Assembly (NCBI GenBank): GCA_000182565.2 | Contig: KQ257465.1 | Strand: one strand, 5' to 3' | Length of the DNA: 64,000 nt | DNA from: Spizellomyces punctatus DAOM BR117 | Lineage: Eukaryota | Shown: positions 26,390 through 41,100 of the stretch, one piece after another | Layout of the letters: each line of letters begins with the position of its first letter | Position numbering within the stretch: position 1 is the first letter of the stretch | The notes under the pieces: model-generated | Databases searched by the model: none | What the model was told of the DNA's origin: nothing | Seen by the model: the letters and a program-made list of their open reading frames with translations, nothing else | Made by a program: the position numbers and the translations under genes

Positions 26390-28082
26390 ATGACCACATT
26401 TCTTTTGCCGCGATCATCAACAAATCTGGACGCCTCCTGGATGTCTGCAGAAGAAGCATCCGTTTCCTTTGTGCCACTGGCTGATCCCCCGTCGCCGCCC
26501 ACGTCACCTGCACCTGTAGCGAGAACCATTGTCTGCGAAGGCAAGCTCTCTGTCCGAATACTCCCCGGTCCAACAGCTCGAGGTGATGACAGTGTACCAA
26601 AGCTTCGCAGAAGGAGTATAGACATTCTCCGCAATGCTTGGGCCTCTGTTTTGACAAGTGCTGGTGGCAATGGGAGGGACACGGTTGGTGGGGGTGCCGT
26701 GGGAAAAGTTGCAAGATTGGACAAATGGACCTCTGTTCACGCATGGCTGGACGATGCGGCTTTACTTCACATCGAGGGCTTCCCGTCTACCACAGGTGGT
26801 GGTGCTACGATTGTCAAGGTCGAAAGAGCAAAATGGAGAATGAGCCAGGATTGGGCCGTGGGAAGAAAAAGTGCCGATCATGCAGTGACTGTAAAAGTGA
26901 CTAGTGCGCAACCAAGGAAGAGTCTGGATGTGTGGAACAGAAGGAGTTGGAGTGTTGAAGCGGAAACTTGGAATTATGGTAAAGAAAGTCTAGGCAACGC
27001 GGCCGATGTTCAACGTATGAGGTTAACACGACGTTCTATTAGATGAAGCCAAATCCCGGCGACCCTCCCATCCCACCATCCTTTTTAACCCCATCACTGC
27101 AGCCCAGCAAAGCACTCCCCACACAACGTTCCGGGTCTTGTCCCTCGACAGAGATCCAAGCGGCACCATCCTTCTCTTGCATGTCGAACCATACGAAGAT
27201 ACTTCCGTCCCAAACATGGACAGTCCCGCGACCGGACAATTGACAACGCTCTATCTGCGCTTCAAATCGAGCGCAAAGCTAGATCGGTGGCGTGCAGCTT
27301 TCTCGCTCGCGCTGTGCGTCGCGCAGGCGCGCTCTGAGGCGGAAGCAGCTCAAGAAGTGGAAAGAAAGCTGGCGGAGGTGGATGAGGCGAGAAAGGCGGC
27401 TGAAATTGAAAAGCAGAAGGTTGAAAAAAAACTGAAAAAAGAAAAAAAGGAGTGGGAGAAGAAGGTTCGAGGCATGTTTTCTGCTGAGGAAGTGCAAGAT
27501 GTGTATCAGGTACTGTTATCATCATCGTAGGTGACCTTTTACAGAAAGCTGATATTGATATGGATATAACAGGAAACGGCAGACCAACTTTCCGAAGCAG
27601 AAGCAAAAATGGCAGAATTGGAAGCCAAACTCGTCCAGGAACAACGGGCCAAACAGGATCTTCGTCGTGAGCTCGACCAACTTCGCGCCGCGACAGAGGG
27701 TCCCGTTGGTGAATACAATACCCTCCTCTTGAGACATGAAGAACTCTGCCGGAAATATGAGGAACAAAAGCGCGAGAATGTACTCATACGGGCTTTGTAT
27801 GAGAAGGAACTCGCTGCTCATAAAGTATGTTGGCACTGTAATTTCGCTTTCGTATCTTCTTTTTCCTGATTTATTCATTCGAATGGTTTCTGCCTATAGC
27901 GTTTGGCAGCAATCCTACGAAAACAAGCCTCTGACAATGTCCAAGCTGCTGAAGATCTCGCGCAGGCTCAGCTTCAAGGGTTATTGTCACCTCCCATGTC
28001 ACCAACGCCGCTCTCACGATCCATATCACCTGTACCGCTGTCTCCTGCAGATACTGTTGTGAGCTTTTCTGGAAGACAGTGA
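26390..28082 (+). CDS. Hypothetical protein with split PH-like domain and C-terminal coiled coil
   Basis: Four exons joined in frame (first intron 26979-27042). VCEGKLSV...WTSVHAWLDD and LYLRFKSSAKLDRWRAAF resemble PH strands and the terminal helix. A long E/K-rich heptad region follows. Stop TGA at 28080-28082. Confidence 0.6.
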
Positions 28083-29170
28083 TGATGTTCCACACGGTAG
28101 CTTTCACGCACACGTTCTCTTCTTTGCTGGTTCCTGTGTCCTCTTTTTTTTTTTCTTTTGTCTTTTTGTGTATATACTGTAGTGTAAACATGGCTATGAT
28201 GGCGAGTACTGGCGGGTTGGATTTTTACATGTAAATTGCAAAACTTGACCTATGCATTTTGATAAACATTCAAATGTCTTTTGTGAATTGTCTGGGGGAG
28301 CATGTAAAGTACGGTGGACGGGATGTCAACCCCAACTTTACCCGATGGCATTGTGCCCGCGGGACATTAGTGGATATAGTCCCTGTTATTAAAAGTAAGG
28401 GTTAGGATCAACATGTACCTGCCAGTGGGATTGCCCTCTTTGCAATTATTAAACAAACATTCAGCTGCAGGTTGTTTCACCCCTTTCAAAGACTTGTCCG
28501 TAATTAAAGGACATGCCTGCAATGTAATATGCTTTCCCGTGTCAAGAGCGTATCCACCTCGTTATATCAACGTCATTATAATCTGCATGTGTGTGTTTGC
28601 TTGTATCCAATATGCGCATGTTAAGGGATATCCCCCTCTGCGACCGTTTGCCACAGCCCAATAATAACCCTTGCTCATCTTAATAAACGCATAATAAACG
28701 AACTCCTCTTCAACCACTCGTCCATCCTCCTTTGAAAATGCAGGTGACACTTGCCAGACATGTCCATAGTCAGCTTTGCACCTCTTAATGGCAAACCAAA
28801 CAAAAACAAAAGCTGGACCCCAAGACTAAAAATGTGAGACAAGCCAAAAGGGGGGGAGGCAACCCCCGTGTTTCATGTCATTTAAACCAACGGTTCGTTT
28901 TGCCAACCAATCAAATTTCTTTAATTATTAAAAAAAACTTGCTTTTAGATGTTAAAAGCCACCCCTCAAATCCCTTCCAATGGTTACACTCGAGCGGTTT
29001 GCGTTCAACAAGGGCAAAAAAAAGAGATGATGATAGCTATGGAAGGGAAAAGGGAGGGGATTTATAGATATTATATAAACATGTTGGAAGAAGGCATTTC
29101 CTTCCTGTTGCGTTTTATAGACGAGCATTTGACGATTGAATAGATACATACAAAAACAAGGTTCTGAACC

Positions 29171-29767
29171 ATGCACTCCCGTCTCGTCGCCCTCGTTGCC
29201 CTTTTGCCAGTCCTGGCTGTACAAGCTCACCCCCAATACGGGTACGGAGTGTACGCAAATTCCGCTGCCTTGTCGGACGAGTATAAAGTCCCTGCTGGAA
29301 CAGAGACGACTTCTCTCCCTACGGCAACAGAATCGAGTTCCCCCGCGTCTACAACAACCGCTGATATTGTTGTGTTGTCGCCTCCTTCTTCCACTGCAGC
29401 TGAGATGCCTCCTTATGCTACCCAGGCTGCTTCATCGTATCCTTCCTCTTCTAAGGAAGAAGAAGACTGTGAGGATGGAGAAGAAGAAGGTGCGGATGAC
29501 GAGTATGATTGTGAAGAAGAGGGTGCAAACACGGCGGGACCCATCCAAGTTGGAACAGGTTTGTGATGTTTGTCATTTTGCGAGTTGGACGGGTTTTTAA
29601 CATTCCTGTTCACCACCTCAGCTACCGTCTCGCCTGAGAAGCAATCCACCTCCACAGAATCGCCAGTACCTGAGAGCGGTATCTACTCTGGTGCCGAGAG
29701 CAAGGGAACTGGCATGGCCATCTCAGTTGGTGCAAGTTTGGTGGGATTGTGGGTAGTTTTGGCCTAG
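29171..29767 (+). CDS. Small secreted Ser/Thr-rich, probably GPI-anchored protein
   Basis: Signal peptide MHSRLVALVALLPVLAVQA, S/T/P-rich and acidic body, one intron (~29559-29620), and a C-terminal SGA followed by the hydrophobic tail MAISVGASLVGLWVVLA. Confidence 0.75.
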
Positions 29768-30010
29768 AATCTTGGGCTTCAGAGCCTCCCTTGCATAGAT
29801 AGACTGTAGTATTTTCTTTGTAAACATTTCTAGATTGGATCAGGTTGATGTACTTTGTCAAATAATAAAAAAAAAGTAATTATTTAGTTGCATAAAAGGA
29901 CGTAGCTCAAAGATAATGAATGATCAACGACAATTACATCAACTCATGATTCCGCTGAAAGCAGAAAATGTCTCATCGAAATTACTGTACAAGTTTTTGT
30001 CCATCCACGT

Positions 30011-32620
30011 TCATCCTTGGTATCTACCGCCACTGCCTCCTCCCCCGGACGCTCCCAAGCTCCCAAACACAACATCCTCTCGTTCCCTCCGGCTACGTCT
30101 CGTGCCTATACTACTTCCCTCCGCTGTGCCTGTAATCTCCATTGGCGCAGACAGAGTATCGCTTCCCGCTCCAAAATTGGCTAACGCCGTTTTAACCCGA
30201 TCTTTAACATCCATATTCGAGTCATCCATCATCGATGCTAATCGGGTCTCAAAGCCCAATTCGCGAAGACGGATGACCCTCTCTTGCGCTCCAGGGTCAT
30301 CAGTCCACGTTAGATTAATGACGCACCATATGGTCGCAACACGGATGAGGGATTTTGTGTGTGACTATCAAGCATCAAGTTAGCACGGTTGCACCCAGGT
30401 TGCTCCACCTCACTACTGTAAATACCATGAATCCCAAAATGGCTTCTATTATTGTCTCGCGGTTCATGATCGCAGCCTTATGTCGGTCATTTCCGGTAGA
30501 TACATTGACGATTACATATAACGCTTGCAGGATAATGTCATCCGATTGCGTCGGTTTTGTCAGCTTGGTCTCGAGTATATCCATAACTTTGTCTTCACCA
30601 AGACCCTTGAAAACTTGTTCAATATCGCTTTCTTTACCACACGCGAGATTGCGAAGGAGGTTGAGAGCTTGCTCTTGAATTCCGGTTTCATTATCGTTGA
30701 TGAGACTGCGCAACAAGCGTAAACACTCTGCCCTCGCCTTTGTCCTGTTTGAAATCTGATCTTACCTCAACAAGCCATCCCATCCCAGTTCCTTCATCAC
30801 CCGCTCCTTTATTTCGCTATCTGCTTGAAATAGCAAATTTTTCAAAGCCCACACTGCGTTCAATCTCAATCGGTCATCCATGCTCTTTGCTAAATCCACT
30901 AATCGTTCAACACCCCCATTCTCCAGGACCGTCTTCTTCATCGGCGAAAAGTCGAGCACAATATTGCATAGCGTCGCGGAGGCTGTAGTCTGCACTTCCA
31001 CGCTCTCGTCCGAAAGCAGCTGGAAAAGAGGAATTCCGACTCCAGCATCCACTAGTGATGTGCGGAGATTCTTGACAGATCGGGATAGGGAACGAGTGCA
31101 TTCACATGCAGCGATGCGAATGCGTCGGTTTGGATGCGACATTGCTGAGACAATATGCGGAAGCAACTTTGCGTCAATTACCTGGGTAGATGTCCAAGGG
31201 TCAGGATTTTGCTACTAAATAAAGGCAATAGACGCACCCATACCTGTTTGCGACATTCTTCCCTTAACGAACACACAGCAGCCACAGCTCGAAACGCGCT
31301 TTCCTTTACACGCTCCGCATGCCCACAGGTTGCTCCAGGTTGTGCAGGAGGCGCCGTCTTGGTCGGAGACTTTTTTGCATCTTTCCTATTTTTCACTTTG
31401 GGTTCCACTACTTCAGGTGGCTCGCCTCCCTCACCAATGATGACTACCGCCAGCCTGGAAATCGCATCTGCTTCCAACGCCGCTTTTTGCAAATCTTCGC
31501 TTGGCTCCACCATATCCGCAAAAACTTTTGGTGCCTTCTCCTGTACAGTGGCCCATCCCGAGCCGTAAAGAGAGCTTATTGGTGCGGTCTCAGTAAAGAG
31601 CTTGATGAGAGTGGGTAATACTGTTAGAATCGTGTCTTGCTGATATTCCAATGGTAAGGAGCCGGTGCGGTATATGTTTGTCAAGCATGTTGCGGCAAGA
31701 AGTCGCATGACAGGTCGCCGGTCGCGAACCAGTCTTAGAATTAAGGGAACAGATCTGTCAAAGTTATGAGAAGCCTTACAGGAAACAATCATCTGAGCGG
31801 TCGTTGGGTTTTCTCGAGATAGGTTTGCAAGGGCGTCCAGCGCGGCTTCCTGAAGTTTTGGGTATGCGCTCCATCGAACATCTAATAATGCCACTAAGAG
31901 AGGTATCGCGCCTGCTCTTGCAACATGCATCTGCTCTTCATGGGCAAGGGACACTTTGGCCAGTATTCCGGCAGCCACTTCGGAAATGCGAACAGGAACA
32001 GTGCGCTGTGATGATGCAGGCTTGTCGAGTGTGAAGTCGTTGGGTGTAAGGAGACTTATTAAATCTTGCACATAATTGTTCTGCGACCATGAATGAACAC
32101 ATCCTTAGGGGGAACCGCCCTTTTGCAGCAGCCAGACAAACTCGACCTACCTTGACCACATCTCCTCTTGGTGCGTGCGCACTTTGATACACTGCCTTTA
32201 GTGCTCTTGCCCCCGCCTCGACAAGCTTCAACTCTTTCGATGATAAAGTTGCCAACAATGGCGTGATAGCACCGGCTTCCACCAGCATCTGTATATTTTG
32301 ATCATTCCCGTATGCAAAGCTTCCGAGTACTACAGAGACTTGAACTCGCAGGTCGAGATCGCTGGTAGGATCCGATAGGAACTTGACGAGTCTGTGACAC
32401 AGGATAGTTTTGAGAGGTTAATATCGCTTGTCCTTAGTCGCAGGCCAGTAAGGCTTCTCTGCCATACAAACCTTTCCGTCACACCCATTTTCATGTATAA
32501 CTCTTTCTTCGTTCTATTTCCGATGACACTATTTTTGATAAATCGCACAGCGCGGGTTCGCTCCTGCTGATCTGACGATCTGAGAGCGGCAACGGCCGCC
32601 TCGTGCTTCGTGACGACCAT
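30011..32620 (-). CDS. ARMC8: Armadillo-repeat protein ARMC8/Gid5 (GID/CTLH E3 complex)
   Basis: [75 protein letters not shown] and WCVINLTW. Several introns. Confidence 0.9.
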
Positions 32621-33277
32621 ATCACGCCCTTGTGTTGGCGTATGCTGCGAGGATATTTATTTGCTAGTAGATGGATTTGTCTTGCAATGCTCACTCGCTC
32701 GAGGAGGGAAGGGCTTGTAAGGATGAATTGGCTCCTACTTATCGACATGTTAGTCCGCTGGGTCGTTCTGGAATCGCATCACGTGAACAGAGACGCGAAT
32801 GGTGAAGGACCATTGCGACGTTTTCCCGACAGGCCTTCCTTTTGTCGAAATTGCATTTACATCTTTCGGGGTGAAATGAGAGATGCTTTTCAAGCATGAG
32901 TTCTTCTTTGCAAAAGCATGTTTGGGAGCCTGCTTCGAATTAGAGATGTTGATCACTCTAGTATGATCCAGTGCACTATTAGAATTCCATAATGACATCG
33001 GTGACAGCAGCACTGACAGGAACAACCATGGAAAATCGGGAGTGACAAGGCAGTTTCCTTGTCGGGTGAGATGCACAAGGGGATGCTAGGCTCTGCAATA
33101 GTTGACATGCTGTGTTAGAATTGAACAAACGTGCGCAGCTTGACGCGTTGGACGCGTTTGGTCATCACCCTTTCCAACTTGTGTTATCCATATCTCCTTT
33201 CATACCCGCCATCTTTGACTTTTGTGTCTTATTCTCCAACGTTAATATCGTACTTGTATGAAAGTTTACCACAACAA

Positions 33278-34155
33278 ATGGCTGACCGCATAACATTAGC
33301 ATACACAAGCCTCTTCATCGCTCTGGTAAGATACAATGTCTTCCTCAACGCCCTGCTGTCGAGAATTGACAGACTTGCTTGCGGATTGTGATATAAATGA
33401 ACAGGTCTTTCTGACATTTTCTATTCTCGGCGGTCTAACGGTGCCGTTTCTCCGGTAGGTTAGAGGTCCCACAATCGCAAGGTTCAAGCACAATCCACTA
33501 ATGTCACAGTTTTTTACCTAGTTCGATGCCCTGGGCTAAATCCGCTGATGCACTGGTAGCCATCTGGGGTTACTGTCCCCGAATTTCAGAAGACGTGCCC
33601 AGTCCAGCGAGATTCTGCCATCCTCTGCAACGACCGTGCGCGGCAGATGAACATCAATTGGCGGGTAAACTTGAGCTCGAATACTTGTGATGTTCAACTC
33701 GACAGTGTCTTGGCAAGCAAGGTCACATCTTAACACCAAATTTCATTACAGAGGACCGCTCAACGATGCTCGCCCAATTACTGATGCATATCTTTGCATG
33801 GTTTTTCACATGTCTCGCACTAGTCTGTGCAATTCTTAAGCGACCATTTCGAGTTCCGGCCAATCTGAGTTTTCTGGCCTCTGTACTTGCAATGTAGGTT
33901 CATGCTGCTATTCTGCTCGCAATCATGCATTTCACCACCGTTATTCACAGAATTGGCCTCGCAATTGGAGCTTCATTCACTGTCACCACCATCGAGAGGA
34001 TTTCCAACGCAGGAGATCCTACCGCCCGATACGGTGCGGCGGTTTTCCTAAGTGGCTTTGCCGTTTTATTTCTATTGATCGGATCCGCTATGTACCTCTG
34101 CGAATTCCAATTTGCAAAGAAGGTGGTACATGAAAAAATAGTCGTCAAAAAATGA
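33278..34155 (+). CDS. Small tetraspan membrane protein, SUR7/PalI (claudin-like) type
   Basis: Five exons splice in frame: MADRITLAYTSLFIAL|VFLTFSILGGLTVPFLR|SMPWA...VAIWGYCP...|EDRSTMLAQLLMHIFAWFFTCLALVCAIL...|IGLAIGASFT...YGAAVFLSGFAVLFLLIGS. Four hydrophobic helices and a WGYC loop motif. Confidence 0.6.
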
Positions 34156-34886
34156 ATTGTGGGGAAGGAGCAGTAGCGGGATGTCTTTCAGACACTTGAA
34201 GACAATAGTGGATGGGCGTGCGTGTGTCATGCGGAACTAGTAATGGGACCTTGTCAATTTCCTGGCTCTATCGTTGGAAAGTGGAAATTAGGCGGTGTTT
34301 GGTGCCGAAGGACAGCGGAAATGTAGCAGTACAAGACTGTAAAGACCTTATTTTAGTAATTGCTCGAGTATTTCAAGCTTTTGCTTTTTCTTTGGCGGCA
34401 TGATGATATCTGTATCTGTGGGGGAAAAAGATGAAAGCCTGGGAAAATGGGCACGACAACTTATATAGGATCTTTTGGATCAAATCATAGTTCATGAGTC
34501 TAAATCGAGTAAAATTATGATTAAATTGGTTGGAATCTATGTACTAGTGCCAATACCCATTGGCTCATTCATAGTGTGAAGGCGATTGAAAATGGCACTA
34601 GGACTCATTATTATCCGGATTAATCCGGTTAATCATATCGCATAATCAGAACCCCCCTCTATCGCTCAGATTGGTGTGGCATGCAGCGGTGTGGCATGCA
34701 TGTAATGTTTTTTTTTTTTAAACTGCGGTGAGGCGCATGCCAAAGGTCTATAAAAGGGGGACCTGCTCCCTCTTCCCTCTTTCCTCTTTACCCATCCTCG
34801 ACTCACAAGCATCTGCGCAACGCTCATTGCGACCCACATTGCAACCTCATAGTGACCCACACAACCTCATCGCGACTCGGTCAACC

Positions 34887-35223
34887 ATGAGAATGCTGAT
34901 ATGGTGGTGTCGAGGACCTCGACCGCCCGACAGCAACAGGAATCAGAACCAGCTGCAACTAATCGGATCCGTTGACAAAGCTGCTATTATGCTGCCACAT
35001 TTGTTGAGCTTGGTTGGTATGTATTGATGGCATCTTTGCATTTCTTGTCATCGGGTCATCTTATGACATGCATTTTTTTGTAGTCTCCAAGCACTTGTCA
35101 CTGAACATCCTCCAGCTTGTGAGTCTCCCCAATGTTGCGAAGACTCTGGCTTCAATGCCATCAAGAGTTCTGGATCAAGGCCTAGTAGGGACCGCGTGTG
35201 GTGGTGGGCAATTATCCGGTTAG
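34887..35223 (+). CDS. Possible two-exon small hypothetical protein
   Basis: TATAAAA near 34749, an ACCATG start, and a GTATGT...TTTTTTGTAG intron (35017-35083) joining two ORFs in frame. No recognisable motif. Confidence 0.25.
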
Positions 35224-35618
35224 AACCAACCGTTACGTATTGCGTGTATAATTGCCTAGTAGTAGTTAGTTAGCTGTTCCGAACCGGTTGTCGCCGGTTT
35301 ATTCCCTGTTGTTGCAGCTAGTGCCAGTTTCTGTCACCTCTACACTATCGGCAATTGCATTGCTGTTGACCTCACAACGCAAGAATCGTAGAAAACCCAA
35401 TTTTTGGATGGTGAATCCAGTTTCTATTAGAACTACAGTGTATCGTAACCTATTATCGTGTAACAGAAGAAAGTAAAATGCATACAAGAAAACAAATGCC
35501 CAAAACGTTGCTTATGCGAAACTCCAGCCTATCGATCAACAAATGTCAACAGACGTCGTCTTCCAGCTCATAAATTCTCAGATTTCTGATTCCATCCATA
35601 TTATCCCTAAGTACCAAT

Positions 35619-37093
35619 TCATCTTCCACACACTCCTTCGCGCCTCCGGTCAGGTGCAAAACGAACGCGAACACAAACGCCTTCATCCGCATCACTCTCC
35701 ATTCCTGCAGAAGCTCCTGATGACGCATCAGATTCCTCGCAACTACTTCCAAGTGCGGAATCCGCGATCGACCAGTCTGACGACGAGTTCGATGGACTAG
35801 GAGGGTGGACAGACTGGCCACTGTCCCCACGTAAACCCGAAGATAGTTGAGGTTTACTGACTGTAACCCGTTTAGGTGCATTTGCTGACACTGAGAGTTT
35901 CACGGACGTTGACGTCTTTATCGCCCGAGGGGATGTGGACGTCTCAGGGGTGGCTAGAGCTTTTGCCCGCGCCTTCTTCTTCATTTCAATCTCGTAGTCC
36001 GTACCCATCCAGACATCCCAGAATGTGAAGAAAGGCTAGTAGCGCCAAAATCATCATCAGCACAACATTCACATCATTTTGCCTGGCTATGAAGTCTGCC
36101 TAGTATAGCCGGCATTACAACACTCACCTGGCTGAAATTGTACATTCTACCCTTCCCCCAATGATGAATATCGTGATAAACTGCATTGTTCCGAAAGAAT
36201 CTCTGAAAGGGATCCCACGGCAAGGCATAGCCACAGTGATCATCCACAGTCTTCAGCGTGGCCAGCGAAAAGAAGATTGTGCTGGTCCACGGATGCATAT
36301 CGAGGATGAGAGAAGGTACCCCACTTCCAACAGTATCCATGATGAATCCTTCAAGCGGGTGATTGTAGAGTGCTCCATAAGCGTAAAGGACCGTTAACTC
36401 ATGATGAACGGAATGGAAGTGGCGATACAGGAAGCGATTTGTATGCATCCAGCGGTGCATCCAATACTACGGAAACGAAAACACTTTGGTTTAGAAACGA
36501 ATCCGGAGCTGAGCGCAATTGTGTTATGTCATTGGTCATAAACCTACCTGGTAACTGTCCAACAGCACGGCCGCGACACATATCTTTGCCACAAGCAACA
36601 ATGGGTGCTCTATTGGCCTTGTGGCCATGTCTGCAGGTCTTGTTCCCACTGCCAGTGCATACGCTACAATACATTGAATGATGTGTTGAATAGCCACTTT
36701 TTGAATTACGTGTCTCACAGTGATTCGATTGGGTGGGCGCATCTTTTGATCCGTTGGAATACGGTGGAGTTCAACGGAGGTGATTTGGAGCCATGAGAGA
36801 ACGTAAAGGAGCGTGGAGTAGATCCAATAACAGGCTACTGGAACAAAGATCATACAGAGCTCAGATGTTTCGAGATGTGGCAGGGAGGAGAGTGTTGAAA
36901 CCATTGATTCAGGGAGGTATGTCGAAGCTATGCGAGACATTGCAGTCAAGCTACTGTGGAAAAATGTAGCAGATGCTGGAACGTTGGTATATGCTGACAG
37001 GGTTGATGTCAATCCATTCATCCAATTTGTCCACAGTGTGACTAGTCCAATCGGAACATGAGTGAAAAGATCAAAGTCATCCGAGGGAGCCAT
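35619..37093 (-). CDS. SUR2: Sphinganine C4-hydroxylase (fatty acid hydroxylase superfamily)
   Basis: His boxes HRWMH, HSVHH and YHDIHH. Also YAYGALYNHPLEG, KTVDDHCGYALPWDP and NFSQ|PFFTFWD. Two introns. Confidence 0.9.
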
Positions 37094-37659
37094 ATGGAGA
37101 AGTCTGAATTTTGCTTATTCCAAAGAATTTCAGGTGGGACTACAGAGTAGAAAACAGCCGTCAGCTCAGCATGCAAATGCCTCGGCCACGTCACAAAAGC
37201 CAAACATAAGTCAACCGTCTTACCTGTCCTCGTTGTTCAAATTCTAAGGAACGTCCTTCGCAGCGTGCAAAAACGCCTGCGAAAGTATGCTTGCGATTGT
37301 ATGCAGATCAAATACGAAGGTGATGGGGCAAGCAAGCGTTATGACACGAGGCCAGTTTCCGATATTGTGCTTTCCAGGGACGTTGCCACCAATGCGCGTG
37401 TGAGACCCTTGTTCTGATATGAATGAAAAGGAGAATAGGAACGAGACGGGCTGTCCCTCTAGCGTTGTTGGTGAGTAACAGTCTTTAGGATTTTGGAATC
37501 GAATCGCAGAAAGCAAGCGACCTCAGGGACAGACAGTGCCGCGTTGAGTATGACTAATGGCCAGATGTGGGAAAGACAAGCCGAGCGGAGTTTTCATTCA
37601 ATGAATCCGCGTGATTAAAAATGACTCGTATTGAATTTCCCGCGGTTTTCGCCGTCTCG

Positions 37660-37710
37660 CCGTCGTCGTCGTCCGTCGTCGTCGTCCGTCGTCGTCGTCG
37701 TTGTCGTCCG
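37660..37710. repeat. Imperfect (CGT)n microsatellite
   Basis: cgtcgtcgtcgtccgtcgtcgtcgtccgtcgtcgtcgtcgttgtcgtccg in intergenic DNA. Confidence 0.85.
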
Positions 37711-38128
37711 GGGACTGAATCCGTTCGTTGTCAACCAAAAGCGGGTTAGAATACGATAAAAAAACGGAAAAAAAAATAAAGACAAGATGGAAGAAAGCGG
37801 TTGCATTCCCAGATGACAAATTCACCGTTGTTGTAGCCATACGGGTTTTTTATTTGACAGCGCCTTTTTTTTTTTCTTTTGGTCGCTGTCGATAACCACG
37901 GCGGATTTTGCACAGTGGGCATTGGTGTTTATCGCTTTGACTTGTCAATGATGTTGGGTGAAGGGTTTTATTAACGGGATGTATTATGGGTCATTTTGGA
38001 ATGGCATTGACTAGGAAGGCTCCATCAAGCATTCATACTAGTAATTTCAGATAGGTTTATTTATTGTAAAGTGACTGATGTAGATGAGATAAATGAATAA
38101 ATGGAGGAATGCAAGTCTATTCTCTTGG

Positions 38129-41100
38129 TTATGCTGCATGTTCCACATCCAAGTGCGGATTAGCAGGCGGGTATAAAGTTGCGCTTTTCTTGATGTTACT
38201 GGGAACCTGCAGACTTCCTGGGTCGCCTGTGCTTACTTGGACCTGGGAAGCCCTCAAATTGCGGCTGGAGCGTTGATTGATCTGACCCGCAATAGAGTCA
38301 AAACTCTTGACAATAATGTCAACAGCTTCCATCACGCCTTCTTTGGGGGCACCTCGCAACTTGAGCATTCGGCGCCACGGAAGCTTGAGTGGCACGAGGA
38401 CAACGGGGATCGCAAGGAATGCACTTGCCACTCCGTCGGAAATGGAAGAATGCACCATCCCGCCTTGTGTAAATATCGCGCGGGCGAGATTCAAGCTGGC
38501 AAGTGCTACGAGAGAAATGTAGGTAACAATGCGCACCGCGTTATCGACGACGGTTTCCGCCGGTTGAACAAAGATGCTGTGGGTTCCCGAGCTATAAGCA
38601 AGCGATCTGAACAAAGTAGTTGGAACGGAAAGTACTTACAAGATGAGGAGATAAACGTAAGCCATAAAGAGCACACTCAACGTACGACCGTAAGCTGCCA
38701 GTATTGAAAAAGGATTCGATATTGGCTCATGTACAAACCCACATATAAAAATACATTGGTAAACACTTACCAGCTTGACCAAGAAGAGTCGCCACAGAGT
38801 AAATGATGGCACGCATCACCGTGTCCAACGGCAGCCAGAACCACAGATGGGGTTTAAACTCAGCGTATAGGATCAAATCGGCAACACTTCCTAGATCCTC
38901 GGCCTGCTTCGTACTATCAACATGCTTTCCCGGCTTAGGCTTCAAGGGTCTTGGCTCGTGATGGTGTGCATGTGGGTAAAACATCCGATGACTGCGCTTC
39001 AGATACCGAAGATGTCGTAATAAGACCCATGGTACACCACATAGGAGAAACAGAGCAATCAAGATGGAAAACACGGCGAGGGTGATGTGATCCTTACCCT
39101 CCCAGCACTATGGTAGAAACTCGGATTGGTAAAGGCGGCTTCATTCATCAACGCATCTGTTACATTCTTACCATGATCCCTGGATTGGTCCGCATAAACC
39201 ACCCCTGTCCTTCGACTTTTATGCAATCCAGAAAAGAAATACCTAACCATAAAAGGTTGTCAACCTTACCTCCAACAAAACGACACGATACGCAACGGCC
39301 ACTTACAGGTCTCGAAGAGCGGACCGTAACAGAATAATCCGATGCAGTAGGCGGTCGCGTGTAAGTTTTGCCTTAGTGGCAAGTTTTGTATCTTACTCCA
39401 TAATTTTGCGGCACGAGAATTCCCAAATATCTTTTTGCACACGACGCAAGCGCCGGCAAGCAAAATGAACCATCCCAACATGATAAGTGGGGTGAACACT
39501 GCTCGCGCCTCTTTTGCGATCGGAGTCAGAGGGGCCACGCAAGGATGGGATAACAAATGGATATCAAAGCGAAGTTCCATAAAGTTGACAACCGATTCGG
39601 CTGCACTATCTTGTTGTTCCAAAACGAAGCCAGATAATTGGTAGAAGAAAACCTGAGATGCAGGGCGGTGGGTAAGACAAGATCATCCATTTTACCGGAC
39701 ATTGAGACTGCAACTCACCAAATCCTCAAAGAAACCACTTGCTTGTTTGGGCAGGATGAAGAAAGCAACAACAACTGCTCCATAAGCCAACAGCAGTAGA
39801 ATCAGAGGTCCCGGACTATAATTATCGCACGATACACATTTGCCACTCCACGAGTAAAGGCCTGGCTGACATTGACCACAAAGAGGCCCCGTGAAGTGGT
39901 CGATGCATTGTGCTTCAGATGCACAACCGGAGGAAGACTGACAGCCTATATCACCAAGTCAATGTCAGCAGGTGGCCTTTAATGGACTAAAATTACAGGC
40001 GTTCACGTACACGATCCGCCGAAAGGACACTGATAGAAGGCTCGTTCGATAATGGTTTCGTTTGGATTTCGCCAGTAATTTTGACGAGTAAGAACGCTTA
40101 TTCCATCCTTGCAAACAGCACCTACTCATATTGTCAGTCTGAATGAACTGATGGGGTCACCGATGCGGGACCGTTGTAACTGACCGACTGGACAAGCTTT
40201 GCAGGTGGAGTTGGTGTGCATGTTGTACGTTCCGTCGGGGCATGGGGTGCAAACCAGTTGGTCCCCACGACGTCGTGCTTCTTCTCCTTTTGCGCATACA
40301 ATGTATTCGGGCTTGTCCGGAGGAATCTTGTTGCCCCTATTAAAATTGGTTCATAAACCGCGATTCGCAAGTTGAACTTACATAGTCGCTTTTGTCATAA
40401 TTCCAGAACGGCGTGTCGGTCAAACTGAACTCACCGTCCACGGTGACTTCAGCCAGTAATTGGCCGCCTTCTTCGTAATCGTTCCCATCTTGAGCCCATA
40501 CTTCAAACTTTTTCTAGCAGAGACCAGTACTTGCATAAGTACTTGTCTGCCGCGTAATTGACCATCCCTGTTACCTACCACTAAAGCTCCGGCGTCGTCA
40601 AGAACAATCTTGCCAAGTGCTCCAACCCACCCGGTCTTTTGAAATAGAGTTAAATTCATGTACTTGTTCAAGCGGCCGGCAGCCAAATCGGCAGTAGTTC
40701 CCAGATTCTGGGTCAAAAGGTTGTTGAATCCCATAGCAAGTGTCCGGACAATATCATAGGCCGCTCTTTATAGACATATAAGCGAACGTTAGGGTATATG
40801 ATGGCCCACAAATCCCGATCTGCTGAAATTGCACACCTTGAGGTATAATATGGACCATCGGAGGCTCTAAAAGTGACAATGGTATCAGTTCGCCGCTTAG
40901 TAGGACAATCTGTGTTTGCAACTTACATTGGATAATAACTTTCGTTGCTACTTGCAAGCTCCTCCCAGCGGGTTCTCCAAGCCCTTCCCGAGGCGGAGCT
41001 CGCTCCGTTTACAGGCCAAGCTATGTCGGGAGTTGAGAATCATCACTTCCACCGTTCAATTGGATTTCATGGGCTTACCAGCAATAAAGCCTTGGGTTCG

